This document shows positions 53,037-64,000 of a stretch of 64,000 nucleotides of DNA, piece by piece. The position numbers were made by a program, and so were the translations under genes. The notes below the pieces were generated by a model that had not been told where the DNA came from, searched no databases, and was given only the letters and a program-made list of their open reading frames with translations. The stretch's first letter is position 1. Each line of letters starts with the position of its first letter. The stretch comes from an uncultured delta proteobacterium (GTDB lineage: Bacteria; Myxococcota; Myxococcia; Myxococcales; Myxococcaceae). Location: contig CAVYSY010000038.1 in NCBI GenBank assembly GCA_963771175.1, forward strand, positions 128,001 through 192,000, written 5' to 3'.

Positions 53037-55932
53037 TCAGCTCAGCGCTTCCTGGCACTTGTCGCAGACGGGGGCGCCACCGGCCACCTTCTCCGAGTAG
53101 GTCCAGCAGCGCGGGCACTTCTCGCCCTTCGCGGGGAGCACCTCCGCCTTCACCTCCTCGCCCAGCACCTGCGCCACGTTCAGCGCCTGCGCCTTCTCCC
53201 CTGCCCCGTCCGCCAGCTCCACCTGGCTCACGATGAGCAGCCCCGGCAGGTCCGCCACGTTCGCCTGGAGGAAGTCCTTCGCCTTGCCGCTCGCGCTCAG
53301 CACCACCCGCGCCTCCAGCGACGAGCCGATCATCTTGTCCCGACGCGCCGCCTCCAGCAGGCCCTGCACCGCGCCGCGCACCGCGAAGAGCTTCTCGTAC
53401 CGCTCCGACAGCGCCGCGTCCGGCTTCACCGCCGGCTCCGGGAAGTCCGTCAGGAAGACGCTCTCCGCCTTCGTCCCCGGCAGGAACTGCCACGCCTCGT
53501 CCGCCGTGAAGCTCATCACCGGCGCCAGCAGCTGCAGCAGCACCGTCGCCACCTCGTGCAGCACCGTCTGCGCGCTCCGCCGCGAGTGGCCCGTCGCCTT
53601 CGTCGTGTAGAGCCGGTCCTTCAGGATGTCGAAGTACACCGCCGACAGGTCCGCCGCGCAGAAGTCCACCACCGTCGCGTACACGAGGTGGAACTCGTAG
53701 GCCTCGTAGGCCTTGCGCACCCGCGCCACCACCTCGGCCAGCCGGCCCCGCGCCCACGTGTCCAGCGGCAGCAGCTCGCTCGGCCGGCACCGCGTCCTTC
53801 GCCGGGTCGAAGTCGTACAGGTTGCTCAGCGCGTAGCGGATGGTGTTGCGGATCTTCCGGTAGCCCTCGCTCAGGCCCTTCAGAATCTGGTCCGACAGGC
53901 GCACGTCGTTGCGGTAGTCGCTCGAGGCCACCCACAGGCGCAGCACCTCGGCGCCGTACTGCTGGATGATCTTCTCCGGCGCCACCACGTTGCCGCGGCT
54001 CTTGGACATCTTCTCGCCCGCGCCGTCCACCACGAAGCCGTGCGTGAGGCACGCCTTGTAGGGCGACATGTCGCGCGTGCCCACCGCCACCAGGATGGAC
54101 GAGTGGAACCAGCCGCGGTGCTGGTCACTGCCCTCCAGGAAGAGGTCCGCCGGAACCCGCTGCCGCCGCGCCGACACCGCGCTGAACGCGCACGCCGAGT
54201 CGAACCACACGTCGAGGATGTCCGTCTCGCGGCGGAACTCCGTCTTGCCGCACTTCTGGCACGCGAAGCCCGCGGGGAGGAACTCCTTCACCGGCGTGCG
54301 GTACCACACGCCCGCGCCCTCCTTCTCCACCGCGTCCGCCACCTTCTCCATCAGCTCCGGAGAGATGACCGCCTCCTCGCAGCCCTCGCAGTACGCGATG
54401 GGGATGGGCACGCCCCAGCGTGCGCTGGCGGCTGATGCACCAGTCCGGACGCGTCTCCAGCATGCCCCGGATGCGGCTGTGCCCCCACGAGGGCACCCAC
54501 TGCACCTTGTCCACCTCGTCCAGCACCTGCTGGCGGAACGTCTTCTCGCCCTTGAGCGGCTTGTCCAGCGGGATGAACCACTGGTACGTCGCGCTCGAGG
54601 ATGACCGGGTTGTGGCAGCGCCAGCAGTGCGGGTAGCTGTGCTCGACCTTGTCCGACTTGTCGTTGAGCAGCACGCCCTTCTCGACCAGCGCGTCGATGA
54701 TGATCGGGTTGGCCTCGAAGACCCGCTTGCCCGTCAGCCACTCGCCCACGGTCTCGTCGTAGCGGCCGTCCTGGCGCACCGGGTTGTAGATGTCGAGCCC
54801 GTACTTCAGGCCGACCTCGTAGTCCTCCTGGCCGTGCCCAGGCGCCGTGTGCACCAGGCCCGTACCGGCCTCCAGCGTCACGTGCTCGCCCAGGAGAATC
54901 TTGCCCCTGCCGCTCGTAGAAGACGTGCTGGTAGGTGCAGCCCTCCAGCTCGTCGCCGCGCGCGTAGGCGATGATGCGCTCGGGCTCCACCAGCGCGGCC
55001 GCCGACACCTCACCGCCCGCCACCTTCACGTTCTTCACCGCCAGCTCGTCCGCCTTCACCTCGGCCAGCACCTTGGGCAGCAGGTCCTTGGCCACGCAGA
55101 TGACGCGGTCGCCGAGCGCGTAGAACACGTACTCGTACTCGGCGTTCATCGCGATGGCGAGGTTGGCCGGCAGCGTCCACGGCGTCGTGGTCCAGATGAC
55201 GAAGGAGACGTTCTTGCCCTTGAGCTTCGGCACCCGCTCGGCCACCTCGGGGCCCGCGGGGAAGGCCACGTACACCGACGGGCTCGCGTGGTCCTCGTAC
55301 TCCACCTCGGCCTCGGCCAGCGCCGTCTGGTCGTAGAGGCAGAAGTACACCGGCTTCTTGCGCCGGTAGAGCATGCCCCGGCGCGCGAAGGTGGCCAGCT
55401 CGCGCAGCTCCTGCGCCTCGAAGGAGAAGTCCAGCGTGCGGTACGGGTTCTCCCAGTCGCCGAGCACGCCCAGGCGCTTGAACTCGGTGCGCTGGATGTC
55501 GATGAACTCCAGCGCGTACTCGCGGCACTTCGCCAGGAAGTCCTCGCGGTCCAGGGTGCGCTTGTCGATCTTCTTGTCCTTCAGCCGCTTCTCCACCGCC
55601 TGTTCAATCGGCAGACCGTGGGTGTCCCAGCCGGGGATGTAGTCGCACCGGCGGCCGGACAGGTTGCGGTACTTCACCACGATGTCCTTGAGGACCTTGT
55701 TGAGGGCGTGGCCCGCGTGGATGTGGCCGTTGGCGTACGGGGGCCCATCCGTCAGCACGAAGGGCTCGGAGCCGTCACGCCGCTCGAGAATCTTCCCCCA
55801 AATCCCCCGCTCCGCCCACCAGCCGAGCATCTTGGGCTCGAGCTGGGCCAGATTCCCCTTCATGGGGAAATCCGTCTTCGGGAGGTTGACCGTGTCCTTG
55901 TAGTCCTTAGGGGGTGCGCCGGTGTCGCTCAT
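53037..55932 (-). CDS. ileS: Isoleucine--tRNA ligase; frameshifts near 54905, 54595, 54420, 53785
   Basis: [58 protein letters not shown]-terminal CPRCW...CDKC. Confidence 0.97.
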
Positions 55933-56083
55933 ACCATCGGGCCGTAACACGGGCCCACAGGCGCTTCAATCCGCAAACCGCTCCCGGAGTCCCGGCGGCG
56001 ACGGTGTGGCCCCCATCGCCAAGAAGGCCCCGCCACGACCGGGAGTCCGAGCCCCCCTCCCCCGGGCCGTCGTTCCGGCCTTC

Positions 56084-57061
56084 TCAGTCGCAGTCCAGGG
56101 GCACCGGGGCGGACTCCGGCAGGCCGAAGGAGGCCGGCTCCACCCCGCCCCCGGCGTCATGGCACGAGAGCGTCGCGTCGCCGGAGATGGCCCGGTACAG
56201 CACGCACGAGGCGCGCTCGATGAAGGGGGCCTGCCGCCGCCAGTAGTCCTTGCCCCTACGGGCCAGCAGCGCCACGGCGTAGCGGTCTCCCCCGGGCACT
56301 TGCACCACCCCCACCTCGGTGAGGGTGTTGTACACGGCATCATCCGAGCAGCACCCGGGCGGCAGCCACCCCGCCTTGTGCATCAGCGTCGCGCGAGCGG
56401 CCTCGGGCAGCAGCGCCCCCATCCACCCGCCGCAGCCGGTGCGCGGGGTGAGCGTCATCCACTGGCGCAGCGCCCGCGTCTCCGCAGTGCCGAGCAGCTC
56501 GCCCCTGTCCAGCCGGGTGAGGACGTCCACCACGTCCCGGGCGGTGAAGTAGTTGTCGTCGCCCATCTCCCGGGGCGAGTTGGTGGCCGTGCGCGGCGTG
56601 CCGTACCGCCACCGGGTGAGCGCGGTGTGCTTCAGCCCCAGCTCGCGGTACCAATCATTGACGGCGTCCGCGCCGATCAGGTCGATGACCTCACCCGAGG
56701 CGACGTTGTCCGAGGCGCGGAAGATGGGCTCGGCATGGGGGACCACCCGCTCGGAGCCCACGCGCGCGAGCGCCGCCGCCACCCAGAGCACCTTCGCCGC
56801 GCTGGCCGAGACGTGGGGCACCTCGTCCGCCACGCCCGCGTACTCGCCCGTGCGGAGGTTGCGCACGGCGATGGCCACGTCCGAGCCGGGCGTCAGCAGG
56901 GCCGCCTCGGAGGAGAGCCGCGTCACCACCTCCCGCAGCGAGGGCGCCGGAGCCGCCATGGGCTCGGGGCGGACCTCGCGCCTCACACAGCCCGGCGCGG
57001 CCAGCAGCCCCACCACCGTCCAGCACCCCACCGCGACACGGCACCACCCGGCGCGACTCAA
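56084..57061 (-). CDS. Serine beta-lactamase/PBP-fold hydrolase lipoprotein (class A-like)
   Basis: GAGGAGG RBS plus TTG; lipobox APGC; SAAK (SxxK), SDN, HKAG motifs. Confidence 0.82.
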   Translation of the reverse strand: MSRAGWCRVAVGCWTVVGLLAAPGCVRREVRPEPMAAPAPSLREVVTRLSSEAALLTPGSDVAIAVRNLRTGEYAGVADEVPHVSASAAKVLWVAAALARVGSERVVPHAEPIFRASDNVASGEVIDLIGADAVNDWYRELGLKHTALTRWRYGTPRTATNSPREMGDDNYFTARDVVDVLTRLDRGELLGTAETRALRQWMTLTPRTGCGGWMGALLPEAARATLMHKAGWLPPGCCSDDAVYNTLTEVGVVQVPGGDRYAVALLARRGKDYWRRQAPFIERASCVLYRAISGDATLSCHDAGGGVEPASFGLPESAPVPLDCD

Positions 57062-57110
57062 GCCAGCTCCTCCTCGCGAATGAGCCTCGAGGGGAGACCC
57101 CGAGGGGACG

Positions 57111-57809
57111 TCAGGGCTTGCCCGTTTCGGGCCTGGGAGACAGCACCTCCTCGGTGGTGGTGCGGCGCATGACGATGACCACCACGCGGCCGGCCGGGCC
57201 CGGGCGAATCGCCACCCGCAGCTCCTCCCCATTCCGGCGCCACGTGCCCTGCGACGTCTCGGTGAAGCCCGCCGCGCGCAGCTCCGCCAGGTAGAACTCC
57301 CGCACCTTCGCCTGATCCGCCGTCACCGTGTACGTCAGCGAGCGAGCCCCCTCCATGTCGCTCTGCATCACGTCCTTCCCACCCGGGAAGACGGGGGCGA
57401 AGGTGCTCTGCTCCTTGCGCGCCTGGCCCAGGTTGGCCTCGCCCAGCACCACCGTGGTGGTGCCGTCCGGGTTGGGCTGCAGGATGAAGGTGTAGGAGAT
57501 GAGCCGATCCGTATCGAGCGCGGTGAGCTGCGGCTCCTTCAGCCGCTGGGTGCGGTGGGCGTCCGGAGGGATGTAGAAGCCGGCCGCCTCGAAGCGGTTC
57601 ACCAGGTGCTGGACGATGACCTCGGGCTTCTCGGTGCTCCGCACCGAGCGCAGCTTCACGGGAATCCCATCGGCCCGCATCACGCCCGGCACGTCCACCG
57701 ACTCCACCACCCGGGGCACGTCCCAGGTGAAGGTCGGCCGCTGCGCGGACGCGACGCCCGCGCCCAGCAGCGAGAGGGCCAGCACCCACGCTCGAGCACT
57801 CAGTTGCAC
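57111..57809 (-). CDS. Exported hypothetical protein of the Tad minor-pilin cluster
   Basis: Signal peptide (ASA); start overlaps the upstream pilin gene end. Confidence 0.75.
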   Translation of the reverse strand: MQLSARAWVLALSLLGAGVASAQRPTFTWDVPRVVESVDVPGVMRADGIPVKLRSVRSTEKPEVIVQHLVNRFEAAGFYIPPDAHRTQRLKEPQLTALDTDRLISYTFILQPNPDGTTTVVLGEANLGQARKEQSTFAPVFPGGKDVMQSDMEGARSLTYTVTADQAKVREFYLAELRAAGFTETSQGTWRRNGEELRVAIRPGPAGRVVVIVMRRTTTEEVLSPRPETGKP

Positions 57810-58733
57810 TGGGTCCCCAGGAAGCAGTCGCCGCGATTGTTATAGGAGTCGTCGTACGGCGTGGTGGGGCTGTTGGCGCCCGGCGTCGTCACCCAGTCAT
57901 TCGGATCGCTATCGCCGCCTGGCTCGCTCTCCCGGAAGTCGCCCATGCCCCGGAAGCTCATCCAGAACTTCCCCGGGTCGATGGGCGCCGTGCCCACGAT
58001 GGTCTGCGCCAGATTCTCCGAGGCGCCATTCACCGTGTTGTGCGCGTCGTACACCTTCTTCGTGGAATCGTAGTAGGCCGAGTTGTCACAGTTCAACAGG
58101 ACGCACTCCCGGGACTCGTCGCTGCCGGCCAGCCCCCAGTCATCCAGGAGGATGCCGTAGGCCCCTGCACAGTTGCCACCCTTCGCCCGGCCCGTGCCAC
58201 ACACGGTGAAGGCCTTCAACGCGGAGTGGGCCACATCGAAGAGGGCACCCGAGCCCTCGTCCACGAAGTTGCGGGGGATGTTGATGGGGGTCATCTGCGC
58301 GCTGGAGGAGCAGCGCATGCCGCCCGTGTCCTTGTAGACACCATTGGTGGTGTTGCTGGGCTTGAAGGAGATGTCCCCAGCCTCCTCACAGGTGACGTTC
58401 AGTTGATCGGCCGAGGTGAAGACCTGGACAATCTTCTCGCGCCCCTCCCGCGAGGTGCGCCCGTCGAAGTCCTTGTATGCGCTCGGTGGCGTGCCCGCCC
58501 GCCGCGCCGATGGCGTTTTGCAGGTCCGCGAAGTTGCCCGGCAGCTCGTGCATCTTCGCGCTGGTGGTGTCCCACAGGGCGCTGGTGGACGCCTCCTGCA
58601 CCTTGAGCGAGAGGTAGCCCACCTCGGCGAAGTGGATGCCGAAGATGAACACGGTGACGAAGAGGAGCACCCCGAGCGCCATCTCCACGGTGCCCTGGCC
58701 TCGCTGCTGCCCGCCGCGGTGTCGCGTCACCAT
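57800..58733 (-). CDS. TadE-like minor pilin; frameshift near 58480
   Basis: Prepilin motif RGQGTVEMALGVLLF, followed by a Cys-containing C-terminal domain in the shifted frame. Confidence 0.82.
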
Positions 58734-60335
58734 GCCGAGTATCCTTTGTCCTTGAGGGCCTCGTAGACTTCCTGGGAGAACGACGCGGACTCGCCGAGCA
58801 CCTTCCCGATGTCCTGCTCGCCCTGCGTGTCCACCTGGGCCGAGACCAGCGTGGCGCGCCAGAAGGGATTGAGGAAGTTGGGCGGCTCCCGCCAATGGTC
58901 GCCCTCGCGCTTGTAGTAGGTGATGCCCGCCGAGAGCGCCGTGGCCTTGGAGATGTCCGTGCCCCCGTTGTCCGGGGAGAGCTGGATGCCGCGGTTGTCG
59001 AACTCGGTGCCCGCGCCCGAGCTCGAGACGCGGAAGCGGAAGAAGAGGTTCCAGGGGTCTCCCTTCCCGTCCGGACGCTTCGAGTAGTCGCGCTGGATGA
59101 CGGCGTAGCTCTTGGGCTGGCCCCAGTTGTTGCCGGAGTCGGCCACCAGATTGAAGTTGTAGTCCATGTGCGACGGCCAGATGCCGGGGCACTTCGTGCA
59201 CGTGCCCATGGTGTGCGGCTGCGCGTCGTTGTCACTCCCGCCGGTCCATTCGTGCTCGTCCGAGGTGTCCCCCTGGTGGTTGCTGCGCACGTGGGCCTTG
59301 GGCGAGGACGTCCCCGGGACCATCGGCGGGCACGGGGCCTGGCCCCGGCCAAAGAGGAGGCCGAGGTTGCCGTGGTCGTCCCCCCACAGCTCGGTGCCGT
59401 CGATGGTCTGCGCCGAGTGCGTCTGGCTCCCCTCGGCCGGGAAGTAGCTACTGCCTTCGTTGGTGAGGTTCGTGATGAGGTCCCGCTGCGGCAGCAGTTG
59501 CTGCAGCTTCATCCAGATGAAGGCCGCCTCCCCGCGCCCGGTGACGAAGGAGAAGCCGCGGCTGCCCATGGCGGCGTAGATGAAGTGCTGCTTGTTCCCC
59601 GCGTCGCGGCGCGTGCAGGCGGCACCCTCGCCCGAGCAGTTCTCCTCACCGGCGATCTCCTGCTTGATGACGCTCTTCAGCGCGTCGTTCGACAGCGCCT
59701 CGAGCTCCTCGCCAAACGCGGCGCCCTTGTTGGCCTCCTTGACGATGCTGCCGGACAGCGTCGCGTTGTTCAGGTCGTTCTCGAGCTGGTCGTAGAGGGT
59801 CCGCTGCTCGTCGGCGATGGAGGAGATCTGCAGCCCGCGGGCCTCCAGGCCGGCCGCCCGGTCCAGCTGATCCCACTTCTGCCCGAGCTTCTGGTCCTCC
59901 TGCTCCAGCTTGTCCTGCGCATCGGAGATGTCCGACATCGCCTGGGTGGAGCACTTGCACAGCTTCGCGCACATCGCGTTGGTGACAGCGCAGGGGCAGC
60001 TGGCCGCGGCGATGGCCGCGTACACCCCCATGGGCATGTTGTAGGCCTCTCGCGCACCGTTGATGGTGGCGCGGTAGTAGCTGCTCCAGGAGATGAGGCT
60101 CTCCACGCCAGCCATGGCCACCATGTGGCCCATCAGCGCCCGGTTCATCAGCGGAGATGGCGTTGAAGGTGCGCGCGGTGGCCACCGCGTTGGAGTAGGC
60201 GGCGGCGTCCGCCACCGTCTGCAGCTCCATCTTCTCGCGAGCCTTCATGCCGATGGAGAGCGTCATCGTCACCATCAGCACCAGCAGGAGCATGGTGAGG
60301 GCGAACAGCACCATCGTCTGGCCTCGGCGTCTCAT
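58727..60335 (-). CDS. TadG-like (Tad domain) large minor pilin; frameshift near 60150
   Basis: RGQTMVLFAL..., KMELQTVADAAAYS.A...AR.FN; C-terminal AGITYYKR, HWREPPNFLNPFWRATL. Confidence 0.85.
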
Positions 60336-61141
60336 CACAGGCCCTCCGGCGTGGGCTCACAGTTCTGCTGTTCGAAGAATTCCTTGCGCGCCGGCGTCAT
60401 CATCCGCATGCCGTAGGTGGCCTGGATGGGGTAGACGTACTTGCCGGACATCACCTTCTCCTTCAGCTCGTCCTGGATCAGCACGTCCAGGTTGACGACG
60501 GGCTGTTCGCTCTGCGACCAGCCCGCCTGCTTGTCCGTCACCATCAGCGGGTTGACGTAGTTGTAGTCCTGCAGCCCCAGGTGGGCGAGCAGCATCCGGC
60601 TGATGACCCAGTCCGCGAAGGGGATGCGCAGCCGGTACCAATAGATGAGGCGCACCTCCAGGCGTTTGGCGCTCGCGCCGTCGCCCGTGGGGGTGTCGAA
60701 GTCGATGTCCTCCGGCGAGGGCACGGAGCCGGCGCGCGGGTACTCCCGCACCAGCCAGAAGACGGGCCCGTCGTTGCCCAGGTCCCGGCCCGGCTCGTAC
60801 TTCGGCGAGGGGTTGTTGCGGGGATCCGGCCCCAGGCGCGCGGCCCAGGCGTCGGCCAGCTTTTGCGCCGCCGAGCCCCCACCCGGCCTCAGGAAGGGCT
60901 CCACCGTGGGCAGCAGCCCGGCCATCGCCGCGTGGATCATCGGCTTGCAGTTGCCGTGCTGGCGGCTACCGGCCCGCACCGCCTGGAACGCCGCGTATTC
61001 GGCCATGATGCGGCCCTGCAGCATCATGAAGAGCTGCAGCGTGCCCAGGATCAGGAAGACGACCAGAGGCAACGTCAACGCCGCCTCCACCGCTGCCTGT
61101 CCGGACTGACGCCCTTGGACGTGGAACTCCTTGGAACGCAT
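60335..61141 (-). CDS. TadE-family minor pilin
   Basis: SGQAAVEAALTLPLVVFLILGTLQL, EYAAFQAVRAG. Confidence 0.88.
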   Translation of the reverse strand: MRSKEFHVQGRQSGQAAVEAALTLPLVVFLILGTLQLFMMLQGRIMAEYAAFQAVRAGSRQHGNCKPMIHAAMAGLLPTVEPFLRPGGGSAAQKLADAWAARLGPDPRNNPSPKYEPGRDLGNDGPVFWLVREYPRAGSVPSPEDIDFDTPTGDGASAKRLEVRLIYWYRLRIPFADWVISRMLLAHLGLQDYNYVNPLMVTDKQAGWSQSEQPVVNLDVLIQDELKEKVMSGKYVYPIQATYGMRMMTPARKEFFEQQNCEPTPEGL

Positions 61142-61235
61142 ACATGTGGTTGTTCCACTCCCTCCGGAGCTTTCCCATCGGTCAACTGGACGGGGGTGCT
61201 CGCCAGGACGCTGGGGGAGGGTCCCCCCGCATCCC

Positions 61236-62684
<1,449 letters not shown>

Positions 62685-62753
62685 TATTTCCGATGATAGC
62701 AAACACGGCCGACGCGGCCCGCCCCCTGCTCGTGATAGGCTCGTCACCCTTCC

Positions 62754-63785
62754 ATGCCCGCCAAGAAGGACTCGTCCAAGAAGGCGTCCGCCAAGGCACG
62801 CCCGAAGGCCCCCGCGCGCCCCATCGAGCCGCCGCCCGCCTCCTCGCCCCCCCCTCGCCGGGCCCGAGCGAAGAAGACGGTGGTCATCCTCTCGCGCAAG
62901 CGGTCCCTGTACTCGACGCGGCGGCTGGTGGAGGCCATCAAGCAACGCGGGCACCGGCCCCTGGTGCTGGACACGCTGCGCTGCACCATGGTGCTCGCCC
63001 CGGGCAACCCGCACATGAGCTACCGCGGGGTTGAAATCAAGGGCGTGGACGTGGTGATTCCGCGCATCGGCGCCTCCATCACCGGCTACGGTCTGGCGGT
63101 GGTGAACCAGTTCGAGATGATGGGGGTGCCGGTGCTCAACGGCGCCTCGGCCATCTCCCAGAGCCGGGACAAGCTGCGCGCGCTCCAGCTGCTGTGCCGG
63201 AGCGGGCTCGACGTGCCCCGGACGGTGATGGCGCATGACCGCAGCAACGTGCGCAAGCTCGTGGAGGAGGTGGGCGGGCTGCCCATCATCATCAAGCTGC
63301 TGCGCGGCACCCAGGGGGTGGGGGTGATGATCGCCCACACGCTCCAGGAGGTGCAGACCATCCTCAACACCTTCTGGGACCTGGGGCAGGAGGTGGTGCT
63401 CCAGGAGTTCGTCGCCGAGAGCAAGGGCCAGGACGTGCGCGCGCTGGTGGTGGGCGACAAGGTGGTGGGCGCCATGCGGCGGCGGGCGAAGAAGGGCGAG
63501 TTCCGCTCCAACATCCACCGCGGCGGCGAGGGCAGCCCCATCGAGCTGCCACCCGCATATATCGAGGTGGCGGTGCGGGCCGCGCGGCTGGTCGGGCTGG
63601 AGATCGCCGGCGTGGACATGCTCGAGGGCCGCGCGGGCCCCCGGCTGATGGAGCTCAACTCCAGCCCCGGCTTCGAGGGCCTGGAGCGCGCGACGCAGCA
63701 GGACATCGCCGGAGCGATGATCGACCATGCGCTCGCCTTCTCGGCGGCACGCACCGCGGCCACCGGTCCGCGGCAGGTGGTGTGA
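62754..63785 (+). CDS. rimK: RimK-family ATP-grasp ligase
   Basis: LYSTRRL, IPRIGASIT.YG, SRDKLR, GTQG.GV, FRSNIHRGG, ELNSSPG. Confidence 0.9.
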   Translation: MPAKKDSSKKASAKARPKAPARPIEPPPASSPPPRRARAKKTVVILSRKRSLYSTRRLVEAIKQRGHRPLVLDTLRCTMVLAPGNPHMSYRGVEIKGVDVVIPRIGASITGYGLAVVNQFEMMGVPVLNGASAISQSRDKLRALQLLCRSGLDVPRTVMAHDRSNVRKLVEEVGGLPIIIKLLRGTQGVGVMIAHTLQEVQTILNTFWDLGQEVVLQEFVAESKGQDVRALVVGDKVVGAMRRRAKKGEFRSNIHRGGEGSPIELPPAYIEVAVRAARLVGLEIAGVDMLEGRAGPRLMELNSSPGFEGLERATQQDIAGAMIDHALAFSAARTAATGPRQVV

Positions 63786-63920
63786 CGCACGGCGCCGCGC
63801 CCGTGGAGCAGGCGGGCAGACGAGCCTCTTGCCTGGTCCTTATGGGAATGGGCTCGAAATTCAAATGTCGGAGGGGATTGGCAGTGGGAGCGTGGGCTTC
63901 GTAATCTCTGCGCCGCTCAC

Positions 63921-64000
63921 ATGAAGCTCCTCCCCAAGCCGCTGCAGATCACCGTCTACCAGGATGTGTTGTGCGCCTGGTGCTACCTCGCGGACGTGCG
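63921..64000 (+). CDS. DsbA/FrnE-family thiol oxidoreductase (5' fragment)
   Basis: MKLLPKPLQITVYQDVLCAWCY with CxxC; runs off the window. Confidence 0.75.
   Translation, partial: MKLLPKPLQITVYQDVLCAWCYLADV

Noticed and set aside
53037..55932. ileS as a true pseudogene or programmed frameshift
   Set aside because: Essential gene with intact motifs and codon bias; four shifts without clear slippery sites fit sequence error better

Overview
This is a high-GC chromosomal window from a myxobacterium. Gene content (DUF2378, tandem lspA beside lgt, FHA-sigma54 activator, Tad minor pilins, Imm11, Ser/Thr kinase) suggests the Archangiaceae/Myxococcaceae. It holds about 55 coding regions. Housekeeping genes are ligA, class I fumarase, hemL, kdsC, lgt, two lspA, pheA, ileS, nfi and a RimK-family ligase. 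Transport and scavenging genes are a sulfonate-type ABC importer, an OPT transporter, peptidases and an HD hydrolase. Signalling genes are an ECF/ChrR pair, an MCP, a kinase, a PP2C phosphatase and a sigma54 activator. There are also several accessory secreted or lipoprotein modules. I found no rRNA, tRNA, CRISPR array or transposase. Many conserved genes, including the essential ileS, carry clustered single-base frameshifts, which most likely reflect assembly errors, so fusion and pseudogene calls need read-level checking. The most notable observations are: (1) a cysteine-dioxygenase-like cupin fused in frame to the ATPase of a sulfonate-type ABC importer; (2) a chemoreceptor with no periplasmic sensor but a C-terminal family-5 peptide-binding domain; (3) a secreted protein made of eight 10-aa QQPMAGSY(Y/Q)L repeats; (4) candidate toxin modules (exported PD-(D/E)xK protein plus partner, JAB-motif lipoprotein pair, permuted papain-like protein, orphan Imm11); (5) an orphan Tad minor-pilin module followed by a serine beta-lactamase-fold lipoprotein. 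All family assignments are by-eye motif recognition, not database results.
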